Positions 24,711 to 33,531 of a stretch of 33,531 nucleotides of DNA are shown piece by piece. The notes under the pieces were generated by a model, which was not told the origin of the DNA, ran no database searches, and saw nothing but the letters and a program-made list of their open reading frames with translations. The stretch is from a virus. Taxonomy: Duplodnaviria > Caudoviricetes. The stretch is taken from the IMG/VR virus record IMGVR_UViG_3300037518_000469, positions 1 to 33,531 of that record; one strand, 5' to 3'. The position numbers and the translations under genes were made by a program. The number at the start of each line of letters is the position of its first letter. The first letter of the stretch is position 1.

Positions 24711-25024
24711 TTCTCGGGCAACCGATACAACGCTCTCCAGCGCCGTAAAACGACCCTCGTATGATTCAAATCTTCGACCGAGGCGGATAGCCAGCTTTTG
24801 AAGCCAGTCGGCAAGACGGGCAGCTTTTTTTTTGTGTCCTCGCTGCGGTTCAGCACCACCGCCAGCCCACCGCCAATCTGGTCCACTTGCCGTTCAACCG
24901 TTTCCAGGCGGTTGCTGATCTCTTCCTCAAACGCCTTGAAACGGCTGTCCAGACGGCCGTCCAGTCGCTCAACGGTCAGCGACAGCCGCTCGACGGCCCG
25001 GATCAGCTCCTCACCGTCACTCAT
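24707..25024 (-). CDS. Coiled-coil protein, probably the N-terminal part of a frameshift fusion with the EAD ORF
   Basis: Heptad pattern up to the A9 run at 24825-24833. Confidence 0.65.
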   Translation of the reverse strand: MSDGEELIRAVERLSLTVERLDGRLDSRFKAFEEEISNRLETVERQVDQIGGGLAVVLNRSEDTKKKLPVLPTGFKSWLSASVEDLNHTRVVLRRWRALYRLPEK

Positions 25025-25316
25025 CAGCCGCCGCCTTCAGATTGGTGATCACCGACTCCAGGAGCACAACCCGCGCATTTAATTCAGAAACCTGCTCTTG
25101 TAGTTCCTTGATGTCGCTTTTGCGCCGCGTGGCCAGCTCCTGCCACACCTCCGCTCGTGACTGAGCATCAATAAATTTCCTTGTGATTTCTTCCAGCTGC
25201 TCCTCGCGGCGTTTCAGATTCACCATGTCCAGATCGGCCAGGGCGTTCACCACCGCGATATGTACGGCCGTTTCCAATCGCGCATTAAAGCCGGGGAATA
25301 ATTCGTCGTCTGCCAT
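25017..25316 (-). CDS. Coiled-coil protein in the lysis module
   Basis: Heptad repeats; GGAG SD. Confidence 0.7.
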   Translation of the reverse strand: MADDELFPGFNARLETAVHIAVVNALADLDMVNLKRREEQLEEITRKFIDAQSRAEVWQELATRRKSDIKELQEQVSELNARVVLLESVITNLKAAADE

Positions 25317-25343
25317 GATGTGTGCTCCGAGGTACGGCCGCCG

Positions 25344-25670
25344 CTACTCCATTGCCGCTTCTATCTGCGCAGGACTGGCGGCAACAACAGCCACGGTTTT
25401 GCTGCGCACTTTTTGGATTACATCATGCGTCGCGTTGGCCACACGACTGAACAGGATACCGGTGAACACGCTGCCCAAAAACGGCACCACGGCGTTTAAG
25501 CCCGCCGCCGCATACACATCCTGCTCAAACACCACGGCTCCAGCGATCCCGGCCACCAGCGCGGCAATGAGCCGCCAGTCGAAATTACGTTTCACCGCCA
25601 GCTGCTCGGTGTAATACACAATGGCCTCAATGAGCAGGCCGATCAAAATTGGTAATTGAAATTCCATCAC
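25344..25670 (-). CDS. Holin-like protein
   Basis: Three hydrophobic segments, GSVFTGILFSR.AN..HD motif; first gene after the tail genes. Confidence 0.75.
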   Translation of the reverse strand: MMEFQLPILIGLLIEAIVYYTEQLAVKRNFDWRLIAALVAGIAGAVVFEQDVYAAAGLNAVVPFLGSVFTGILFSRVANATHDVIQKVRSKTVAVVAASPAQIEAAME

Positions 25671-25691
25671 AATCTCCTTAAATAAAATTAA

Positions 25692-27440
25692 CTAAAATCC
25701 TTCTTCACGCCGGGCCACCAAAAACTCTAGACTGGCTGGCGGCTCCTCCGGAACCGGCGTCAAAACATCCGCCATCACGTCATACCCATTCTCCTCCAGC
25801 AAAAACGTACGCACCCGGTCCACCTCACTGCCCAACGTCGGCGGTAAATTCCGTATGTTCATCGTCTGGCCCGCCCGCGCCAGCCATTTCGGGGCAATCG
25901 CCCCCGTCTGGTCCATTAAATAATCCGGCTGCAATTCACTGCGCGGTTTCACCACCCGGCCATCCTCCAGCGCCGCATCCCGATGTTTGCCCGCCTGCGT
26001 CGCGCTGGTCGTGCTGGCGCTGATCACCCCGCGCCGCACAATACCGTACTGCGCCTGGCTGGTGGCATCATCGGCTACGGCCGTGCGCAGCGTCCGGTTG
26101 TTGGCGTCCTGGTAGCTGGCGTACATGCTGTTGCGCAGCAGCTCCAATGTGCTGTTGACGGTCAATTCATCGGCATCGATGGCCCACACCTGGGAGTCGC
26201 TGCCCTTCGGTCGGAAATGGAGCTTCTGGCCCTCCCACACGCCAACCTCCCATAGGCGCGGCGGCGTCTGGTTGTCACCCAGGCCGGCCAGCTTGGTGGC
26301 GATGTCGCCGGGGTATTCGTCTTCGTACACCTCGTCGAGGAGATCGAGGCCGGGGGATTCGCTCAGGGCCGTTGAGGCGGAGAGCTGATCGGGGTTGACG
26401 GCCGTTACGTGGCTCACCAGGTCGCTGATTATCTGATCGGCATAGACTACGTGCGCGTGGATCGTGGTGGTGCCGCTGTAACCGTTGGCAAAATCGGCCG
26501 TGAAGGTTGTGGCGGTAACGGCCGTTACCGTTACACTTTCGCTGGTGGCTGCCCCATTGGCAATGACCAGGCGCTGGCCCACGTAAATTCGCGCCATGCT
26601 GGCGGGGGTCACCACGCGGGCCGCGCCTGCTGTGATCGTGGTGGAAGTGGTGGTGTTCACTGCATTGGTCACACTCGTGACCACTCTCACATTGGTTATT
26701 TTCACATAAGCTGCACCGGTTTCGCCGGTATAATTAGCCGCTGTTGTGTTGAATAAAAAGCGAAACGTAAGGGACTGGCAGGAAGAAAGCAGCCTAAAAA
26801 CCGATCTAGATGTTGGCGAGCCAGCGGACGCCAATGTGTATTCGGTGCTAATGTAGCCGTAGTTTGCATCCCGCCGGTCCATTACCAGCGTCCAGTTGGA
26901 CGGCGCATCCATTTCAATGTTGAACAGGACACCCGAGATGTTTCTGGTGCTGGCGTTGGGGATTCTGATACCCCAGATGGCCTGGCTGGATGTCCCAAAA
27001 TTCTCGTTTTTTCGAGGCGCAAAATACAACCGATTATTATTGTCTAATTCGTACCGCTCGGGTGTCAGGGAGCTGCCAGTAACCACCCGCCACCCCGCCG
27101 TCCCACTCTTCGACCACAGCGCCGTATACGGCACATCGAACAGCGCCCGCCACGCCCCAAACGCCGTCACCTGCAAGCCCGTGCCATCCTCGGCAATGAC
27201 CACGGTTGGATCTTCCAGCCTCCCCTCCCACACCACACCACAACCATAATTCAGGCTCAGCCACTTCGCCTTGCCCTGCTCAGATATGGCAAAAGCCAGC
27301 TCTAGCGGCATCGGCACAAAGCAGGTGAGCGACCGGAAACCGTGACGGCCGTTGTCAATCACGCAGTCGGTGGCATCGGAGAGGTCGGCGATCAACGCGC
27401 CGCCGGGGGATTCGTAGAGTTGCAGAGCTAAAGGAATCAT
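25692..27440 (-). CDS. Tail tip/baseplate hub-like protein with an inserted domain
   Basis: VVWEGRLE, SQAQYGIVR and GQTMNI segments typical of hub/Tal-like proteins; start at MIPLAL. Confidence 0.7.
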   Translation of the reverse strand: MIPLALQLYESPGGALIADLSDATDCVIDNGRHGFRSLTCFVPMPLELAFAISEQGKAKWLSLNYGCGVVWEGRLEDPTVVIAEDGTGLQVTAFGAWRALFDVPYTALWSKSGTAGWRVVTGSSLTPERYELDNNNRLYFAPRKNENFGTSSQAIWGIRIPNASTRNISGVLFNIEMDAPSNWTLVMDRRDANYGYISTEYTLASAGSPTSRSVFRLLSSCQSLTFRFLFNTTAANYTGETGAAYVKITNVRVVTSVTNAVNTTTSTTITAGAARVVTPASMARIYVGQRLVIANGAATSESVTVTAVTATTFTADFANGYSGTTTIHAHVVYADQIISDLVSHVTAVNPDQLSASTALSESPGLDLLDEVYEDEYPGDIATKLAGLGDNQTPPRLWEVGVWEGQKLHFRPKGSDSQVWAIDADELTVNSTLELLRNSMYASYQDANNRTLRTAVADDATSQAQYGIVRRGVISASTTSATQAGKHRDAALEDGRVVKPRSELQPDYLMDQTGAIAPKWLARAGQTMNIRNLPPTLGSEVDRVRTFLLEENGYDVMADVLTPVPEEPPASLEFLVARREEGF

Positions 27441-27441
27441 A

Positions 27442-27915
27442 TTAACTCGCCCGGTAGAACCCGGCGGCATTCAACGCCGCTGTAACTGCGCTGCCGTCAA
27501 TGGTGATGGCGAAATCGTAGCAGGCCAGCGGAATGATATTGGTATCCGTGCCGCCTGTGGTGTCACTGTCATAGCAAATCAACAGGTCGGTCCAGTTCAC
27601 ATCATCGGCGGTGATGGCTCCGAACTCCAGATCGGCCATGTCCAAATCCATCCGGTCGTTGGCGTCATCTGGCGACAAGGCAGCCAGGTCCGCATCGGCG
27701 CGCACAATGCGGGCATAGCCCGTGTTGGCGGCCTCCACCGTGTTGGCGTCAGCAATCACCGCCGCCAGCGTGTCTAAATCTTTTAGCGTGGCGTCCGTGG
27801 CCGTCGTGTTGATCGCCACAATCACCAGCGCCGAGTTGGTTGGGTCATTGGTCTGCACCCGATTATAAAATTCTGCCACTCGCCCCAGGGCGACGTTAAA
27901 AATAAAATCTGACAT
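27442..27915 (-). CDS. Minor tail/structural protein
   Basis: EAANTGYAR...D.AD..F.. pattern; tail module. Confidence 0.7.
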   Translation of the reverse strand: MSDFIFNVALGRVAEFYNRVQTNDPTNSALVIVAINTTATDATLKDLDTLAAVIADANTVEAANTGYARIVRADADLAALSPDDANDRMDLDMADLEFGAITADDVNWTDLLICYDSDTTGGTDTNIIPLACYDFAITIDGSAVTAALNAAGFYRAS

Positions 27916-27927
27916 GACAATCTCTCC

Positions 27928-28293
27928 TCAATCGTTCGTTCTGGAACGTTTCAAATACAGTTTGCCGATAAATATCACTTGCTCCTGATTGGAGGCATCC
28001 ACCACCCGGCATTCGTGATGCTCGTACGTTCCGGCGGCTAATTCGTCGGTGTCATCCGTATCAACGGTGATTTGCACCCCGTCATCTGTACCGCTCACAT
28101 CCACCAGCACAATCCCGCTGCCCAGCGTTTTAGCCAGCGCCGCCGTACTGCTTTCTAGCTTCTGATATACCGACCAGCGTACGGCCGTCGCCCCGGTCAG
28201 GCTCACCGGATCGCCCGCGCTGTCAGTCACCGGCACGGTGATCACCGTATCCTCGCCCTGCCACATCGTTATGTTTTGCGCCAGTTTGGTCAT
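27928..28293 (-). CDS. BppU-like/Ig-like tail protein
   Basis: QGED..I.V.D..G.PVSLTGA..W...DT..L..G.Y. Confidence 0.65.
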   Translation of the reverse strand: MTKLAQNITMWQGEDTVITVPVTDSAGDPVSLTGATAVRWSVYQKLESSTAALAKTLGSGIVLVDVSGTDDGVQITVDTDDTDELAAGTYEHHECRVVDASNQEQVIFIGKLYLKRSRTND

Positions 28294-29453
28294 AATTCAC
28301 CCGCCAATGTAATGGCCACCTCAAATTCACCGGCCAGCGATACGGCCGTTTCATACACACCTTCCAAAGCAACGGCCGTTTCAAACTCACCGTCAAGCGT
28401 CAAATAACGCACCACGCCGTCACCACCACCCGTCACCAGCGCCAGCGCCGTGCCGGTTTCGCTCACAAAGCCAATGAATGCTGTTTTGCTGCTGCTGAAG
28501 GCAAACACAACGGCCGTTTCCTCTACCAGGCCCAGGATCCTGCTTTTCTGCCCCGCCACGCCCAGCGGAACGGCCGTTTCCTCCACAATCCCAATCACCT
28601 TCGTTTTCAGCCGCGTCATCGGCAGCGGCACGTCCGTTTCGGTCACAATGCCGATGGTTGTTTCACCAGCGGCCGTCACCGGCAGCGCCGTGTTGGTTTC
28701 GGTAACAATCCCCAGCGTTTTGGTTTTTACCCTGGCCAGGGGCAGGGGGGTATTGGTTTCGCTGGCCAGCCCGGCTGCTTTGCTCTTTTGCGCCGTAAGG
28801 GAGAGGGGCGTATCTGTTTCGGTTGGCAGCCCGGTTGTTTTGGATTTTTCGGCCGTCAACCCCAGCGCCGCATCCGTTTCGCTGTTGAGGCCAATGGCCG
28901 TACCGCCGCCCGCCGCCGTAAACTCAATATGCAGCGCCGCCGGGTCACCAGTCCCTTCCAGGCTGACCACCGCAAACGTACTGAGTGCATCGCTGCGGCC
29001 GTCCATAAAAATGACGATGCCCGCGCCGTTGACCAGGCCGCCGTTATCGTCAACCAATTCCTGCAAGACGGAAACAATCGACGGCGAATTAACCGGGCTG
29101 GTGCCGATCCCCGTCGCCGTCCACTGCGCACTGGCGGCCGTGCGCGTCCGGCTGGTTACGTCGGCGTTGGTCACAAAATCCGGCGCGTCGGCGCTGTCCT
29201 CGGCGCTGATGTCCACGTTTGGATCATCAGCCGCCAGCGCGTTGGCCTGCACCGTGATGTAAGCGGCGTCGATGGTAGCCCCAGCCGGGATTTCGGCCGT
29301 GAGCACAAATTCAAAGCCGCCAAAATAGACCCGGTTGGGCGTCCCGATTGCTGTGTGTGCCGTGCAGGTAACAACCGCCGCAGAATCCGAGAAATTATTC
29401 CCGGTGCTGTCTTCGTGCGCGTCGCTGTTGACGGTGAGGTCTAGGGTGGTCAT
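28290..29453 (-). CDS. Minor tail protein with about eight 20-aa repeats
   Basis: N-terminal beta domain (IPAGATIDAAYI), G[LI]xxET[DN]xxLxLxxxKxK repeats, then 10-aa LxGEFETAV repeats. Confidence 0.75.
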   Translation of the reverse strand: MTTLDLTVNSDAHEDSTGNNFSDSAAVVTCTAHTAIGTPNRVYFGGFEFVLTAEIPAGATIDAAYITVQANALAADDPNVDISAEDSADAPDFVTNADVTSRTRTAASAQWTATGIGTSPVNSPSIVSVLQELVDDNGGLVNGAGIVIFMDGRSDALSTFAVVSLEGTGDPAALHIEFTAAGGGTAIGLNSETDAALGLTAEKSKTTGLPTETDTPLSLTAQKSKAAGLASETNTPLPLARVKTKTLGIVTETNTALPVTAAGETTIGIVTETDVPLPMTRLKTKVIGIVEETAVPLGVAGQKSRILGLVEETAVVFAFSSSKTAFIGFVSETGTALALVTGGGDGVVRYLTLDGEFETAVALEGVYETAVSLAGEFEVAITLAGEL

Positions 29454-30850
29454 CGGGGCACCAGGTAGGCCGGGCGGCGAAGGGCAGCCGTATATAAATC
29501 CATCACTGCCCCCACCGCATCGCTGCGACGCCAGTGCGCGGCGCTGCTGCCACCCGTGGATAGATATAATACTGTCAAGGTGTCAGATTTCGTATACAGT
29601 GCCGCTATGCCGTCGTATCCAATTGCACCAAGCGGGTAACTTGGGTCGGAGGTCTTTTTCAAGTATGCTCGGGGCTTTGGCGTTTCAAGCAAACTGTGAT
29701 CGAAAATAATCTCCGAATCGCCGGAGCTCCAATTTGATGTATCCGTAACCTCGTGCAAAGCAACCACATGCACCCTGTCCATGTTCACCAAAACAACGGT
29801 ATCTATATCTAGCAACGGCGTCCCCGTCACGTTTTCTACTTGTGACCTCAATATGATGCTTTTTAGCTCTGTGCGCAAAAGAGTTGGTCCAAGAAAATAC
29901 CAACCTGGCGACGTTGCCCCGGCGGGAATATTGAGTGGGTCAGAGAGAATCCCAGATGAGCCATCAATGGAGAGATATTGCCCATACTCCAATTTGACAT
30001 TAAAAAAGTAATCACTCGACGAATTTTTAGCGTTGATAAATGCACCGATATTACGCGTCGCTTCTGCCATCGTGGTTACGCCCAAGATATTTGTGCCGTT
30101 ATAATTCGTGTTTGACGGCGTATATCGAAGAACATTCGTGTTCCGAGCCAGGTTTGTGCTATCGTTCACACTAGAGTAGCCTGTTGTGCCCGACACAGTC
30201 TCAGCATTGATTACCACGATATCTTCACTTGATTCGGCTAATAGTAGATACCCTCCCCAGGTTTTGTCATTTCCGCTGTTGTTAAACACCCCCAATTTCA
30301 GAGCAGTGGGGGAGAGTATATTTGCGGCAGTTAAGTTAATGGTCGTTAGTTCGCAATTATTGACCGTAGAAGAACTATCACTCTCCTCATCCCCCAACCA
30401 CTCGCCCCGCCGCTCCAATGGCAGCGTCACCGGGTTCACCTCAAACACCTGCAAATTTTGGTTGAACGTCACCGGCAAACTCAGCATATCGGCCGCGTCT
30501 GCAGGCGTGCCCAAAACGGCCGTTTGCAGCGCACTCGCCAGCGTCGTGCCATCAATCGCATAATTCAAAATCACCGCGTCAACGGCCGCGCCATCTTTCC
30601 AATCCCGCGCCTGGTCCATTGCCGCTGCCAGCAGCTCCAAAAACTGTACGCAGTCAGCCGCACTCGCCCCAAACACCCGCAGCGGAATAGATTCCACCAC
30701 GTCCTCGTGCCGCTTACCGCCCAGCACGCCGCGCCGTCGTTTGGCCACACGCGGCCGCCAGCCGGGTAACAGTTGGATATTGGCCCCGTTCAGATCGAGG
30801 ATTCCGCCGGTAACGGCGCTGACGCCGGAGAGGTAGAGTTGGGTTGCCAT
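29450..30850 (-). CDS. Distal tail (Dit)-like protein with a low-GC internal domain
   Basis: Immediately downstream of the tape measure gene. Confidence 0.6.
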   Translation of the reverse strand: MATQLYLSGVSAVTGGILDLNGANIQLLPGWRPRVAKRRRGVLGGKRHEDVVESIPLRVFGASAADCVQFLELLAAAMDQARDWKDGAAVDAVILNYAIDGTTLASALQTAVLGTPADAADMLSLPVTFNQNLQVFEVNPVTLPLERRGEWLGDEESDSSSTVNNCELTTINLTAANILSPTALKLGVFNNSGNDKTWGGYLLLAESSEDIVVINAETVSGTTGYSSVNDSTNLARNTNVLRYTPSNTNYNGTNILGVTTMAEATRNIGAFINAKNSSSDYFFNVKLEYGQYLSIDGSSGILSDPLNIPAGATSPGWYFLGPTLLRTELKSIILRSQVENVTGTPLLDIDTVVLVNMDRVHVVALHEVTDTSNWSSGDSEIIFDHSLLETPKPRAYLKKTSDPSYPLGAIGYDGIAALYTKSDTLTVLYLSTGGSSAAHWRRSDAVGAVMDLYTAALRRPAYLVPR

Positions 30851-30852
30851 AG

Positions 30853-33345
30853 TTAGCCTGTCCTTATGCGCACGTCGGCACGACGGCCGCTGGTTGCCAG
30901 CTCTTCGCGGATAATGCCGCGCAGCCGGTCCACGGTTGGCGCGTCGGTGCCCCGTGCGTCGATGTTGATAGTGGTTGAAGAGCCGCCGGATAGGGCAGGG
31001 GAGGAAACGGCCGTTGCTGTTGTCTCCGCATTTATTTGCGGCTGCACCGTGGCAAAGGGCAGGGTCATTTCGTTCACCAGGTCGGCTACGCTGCGCTGAA
31101 TCGGGGCTACGTCGCCCAACCCCAGCGCCAGCCCCTCAGTGAACGGCTCGCCAATTTGCATCGCCGCCACTTTAGACGGCGAGTCAATTCCCAAGAACGC
31201 TTTCGCCGCGTCCAGCGCCGCCTGAGCTGCGTTTTGCGCCGCTTCAGCAATGGCCCCGGCCCCGGCAGTTATCGCCCCGGCAATGCCGTTGATGATGTCC
31301 CAGCCAACCTGTGCCCAATCCGTATCCTGGAATTTAGCGATCAGGTCAAGGATTAGCCCGGCGGCAATTTCAATAATTGTGTCTTTGATGGTTGTGAAAA
31401 TCTCGCTAATTTTTGCCCACGCCGTATCCCATGCCGTTCGCAGGGTTTCGCCAAAGCCCTCCCAATCTCCCTCGAATGCCAGCTTGAACGCCGCGAACAC
31501 TGTACTAATGACACTGGTTACCGTTTCGACAATGCCCTGAATAAACTCCCAGGCTGTCGCCGCCGCCGCCATGATGGTTTCGCCGTGCGTGGCCCAAAAC
31601 GTTTGGATCGCGGTTGAAATTGTGGTGATGATGGTTTGGATGGTGGTAATTGCCGTATTCACCGCCGTCTGAATCCCCGTCCAAATCTCCCGAGCTTTGG
31701 CCATGATGGCCTCGCCGTTCTCAGCCCAGAACGCCTGCACACCCGCCATAACGGCCGTAATCACGCCGCGTATGAATTCCACCGCAGCGGCCGTTTTCTC
31801 CTGAATCCCGCCCCAATTTTGCTCCCAGGCCGTGCGTAGCAGGGCGACGATGGCAATCACGGCCACGATGGGCGCGGCAATGGCCAGAATGGAGAGGAGG
31901 AGGGAGCCGAGGATCGGGAGGATGACGCTGGCCAGAACAATACCCAGAGCGATTAGTACATCTTGCCAGCCCACAAAGCCCAAAGCCATATCAATGATCG
32001 GTTGCACATTGGCCGTAAACCATGCGCTCAGGCCGGGCAAAACGTTATCACGCAAATCCACCAGGAAGGCCAGCACTTCAGGCGGGGCAATATCCCAAAT
32101 GGCTTCGATGAAGGCGTTTAGGGGTGACATGCCTTCAGATAGATTATTCATGAACGACTGAACCAGCCCGGCCACGGTCTCAATTGCGGGCGCAATGTTC
32201 GTTTCAAAAACGGCAAACGCCTGATCCACCAGCGGCATGGCGCTGTTGGCTATATCTAGCAGGATGTCGCCAATCGGTTGCAAAGCCAGCAGCGCCTTGC
32301 GTTTGTAGCCCTCCACGGCGCTGCCCAGCGTGTTGTATTTGGCGTCGAGGCTGCCCACGGCCCCGGTCATGTCGCCCAGCTCGGTGCCAATCAGGGAAAG
32401 AGCCAGCGCCCCCTCCGTGCCTAAATCCTCAAACTGTGTGCCTAATAGCCCCACGCCCGCCTGCATTTGGATATTTTGATCATCCACATTCGCCAGGGCA
32501 TCTGTCACCAGCGTGAAGGCATCGGCGGCAGTCAAACTGCCGTTAGCCATCTGCTCTGATATTTCCTCAGAGGATAGCCCGATCATTTCCAGCGCTTCAG
32601 CCGTGGCCGTGCTGCCGTCCTGAATCCGTACCCTAAATTCCTTGAAAGCGTCCGCCGCCTTGTCGGTGCCCAACATGCCGCCCTGCATACCGCTCTCAAG
32701 CAGGCTGAAAAACTGCCCGGCGTCCGCGCCGCCGCTGGCAAACTGGACAGAGTATTCCCCGATGGTGTCAAGAAAATCATCGGAGCTGTTCAGCCCCTTT
32801 TGAAATCCAGTGGCGATAAAATCAAACGCTTCTTCGCTGCTCAGGCCAAACTGCTGCATGAGCGTTTTAGCCGCGTCCACCGATTCGGGCACTTCGATAC
32901 CAAACACATCTTGCAGGCGGAAAGCGTTTTCTGTGGCCCGTTGCAGTTCGTCATCAGCCAGATCACCAAGCTGCTGCCGAATCAACCCCACGGCCCCGGC
33001 CGCTTCGGTAATGCTCCCGGCAAAATTGTTGCCCCAAACGTCGGTAGCAATGTCGCCCAGTCGCTCGGCTTCTTCGGCCGTCGTGCCTAGCTCCGCCTGG
33101 ATATTGGCCGTAGCCGTGGCCACATCGCTGGAAACGCTGAACGCCGCCGCGCCAATCGCCACAACCGCCACGGCAATCGCCGCCGCCGCTGCAACCGCCA
33201 CCCCCTGAGCGATTTTGAAGCCGTCGCCAATCGTTGCCCCTATCCGATCCCGAAAAGACGATGCCTCTTTTTGCGCATCGTCAAGCCCGCCGGTGTAATC
33301 GGCGGCGTCCAGGAGGAGGGAGACAAACAGTTTTTGAATTTCCAT
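30853..33345 (-). CDS. Tail tape measure protein
   Basis: 830 aa; DFLDTIGEYS..TDKAADAFKEF, QFEDLG motifs; Trp-spaced repeats; GIDSPSKV. Confidence 0.95.
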   Translation of the reverse strand: MEIQKLFVSLLLDAADYTGGLDDAQKEASSFRDRIGATIGDGFKIAQGVAVAAAAAIAVAVVAIGAAAFSVSSDVATATANIQAELGTTAEEAERLGDIATDVWGNNFAGSITEAAGAVGLIRQQLGDLADDELQRATENAFRLQDVFGIEVPESVDAAKTLMQQFGLSSEEAFDFIATGFQKGLNSSDDFLDTIGEYSVQFASGGADAGQFFSLLESGMQGGMLGTDKAADAFKEFRVRIQDGSTATAEALEMIGLSSEEISEQMANGSLTAADAFTLVTDALANVDDQNIQMQAGVGLLGTQFEDLGTEGALALSLIGTELGDMTGAVGSLDAKYNTLGSAVEGYKRKALLALQPIGDILLDIANSAMPLVDQAFAVFETNIAPAIETVAGLVQSFMNNLSEGMSPLNAFIEAIWDIAPPEVLAFLVDLRDNVLPGLSAWFTANVQPIIDMALGFVGWQDVLIALGIVLASVILPILGSLLLSILAIAAPIVAVIAIVALLRTAWEQNWGGIQEKTAAAVEFIRGVITAVMAGVQAFWAENGEAIMAKAREIWTGIQTAVNTAITTIQTIITTISTAIQTFWATHGETIMAAAATAWEFIQGIVETVTSVISTVFAAFKLAFEGDWEGFGETLRTAWDTAWAKISEIFTTIKDTIIEIAAGLILDLIAKFQDTDWAQVGWDIINGIAGAITAGAGAIAEAAQNAAQAALDAAKAFLGIDSPSKVAAMQIGEPFTEGLALGLGDVAPIQRSVADLVNEMTLPFATVQPQINAETTATAVSSPALSGGSSTTINIDARGTDAPTVDRLRGIIREELATSGRRADVRIRTG

Positions 33346-33349
33346 CGGT

Positions 33350-33531
33350 TTACTGTGGCTTATTCGGGAAACGGCCGCCCATCGCGGCGAAACGCATCAT
33401 GAGTGCCATTTCCATTTCTTGCAAAGACATTTCCTTACCCGTCTGCCGAAACTCCAGCAAAAACGCCTTAGCCGGTTTGCTGGCCTTGCTCTTGCCCCGG
33501 TTCATGTTGTAGGTTTGCTCCAACAGCCGGG
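33350..33531 (-). CDS. Tail assembly chaperone, C-terminal fragment
   Basis: Hand translation ..RLLEQTYNMNRGKSKASKPAKAFLLEF..PQ*, ending 4 nt before the TMP start. Confidence 0.6.
   Translation of the reverse strand, partial: RLLEQTYNMNRGKSKASKPAKAFLLEFRQTGKEMSLQEMEMALMMRFAAMGGRFPNKPQ

Larger units (their letters stand above)
1..33531. mobile_element. Temperate tailed phage (siphovirus-like) genome, excised/circular or virion form
   Basis: Terminase, portal, MuF, protease, tape measure, lysis, repressor and integrase genes; no host genes; attP-like tRNA fragment flanked by phage genes on both sides. Confidence 0.95.

Noticed and set aside
25692-30850. Diversity-generating retroelement targeting tail genes
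   Set aside because: No reverse transcriptase and no TR/VR pair seen; the 45-bp repeat elsewhere has no adenine-specific mismatches

Overview
The whole window is a temperate, siphovirus-like phage genome in non-integrated form: a tRNA-Glu-derived attP sits mid-window with phage genes on both sides. On the minus strand, read from the right, it encodes a tail chaperone, tape measure, tail/baseplate proteins and a lysis module with a holin-like protein, a 3D-like protein and a GH+C39 mosaic endolysin. A plus-strand early operon of small genes is driven from a repressor/operator switch at about 16.3 kb. Next come attP and a tyrosine integrase, then a second minus-strand block: replication initiator with internal iterons, membrane proteins, a GIY-YIG/T5orf172 gene, Zn-ribbon microproteins, TerS, TerL, portal, MuF and prohead protease. 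The host is inferred to be Chloroflexota (Anaerolineae-like). Main oddities: (1) a HIP1-like palindrome ACGGCCGT at about 85 copies by manual tally; (2) a 23-bp palindrome+SD joint linking consecutive microgenes; (3) an EAD7-like (Death-like) domain protein in the lysis module, a candidate anti-defence decoy; (4) an 806-bp promoter-bearing cassette bounded by perfect 16-bp inverted repeats; (5) an RNA-switch-like leader; (6) an 11-mer array inside a gene. Family assignments come from motif recognition by eye; no searches were run.
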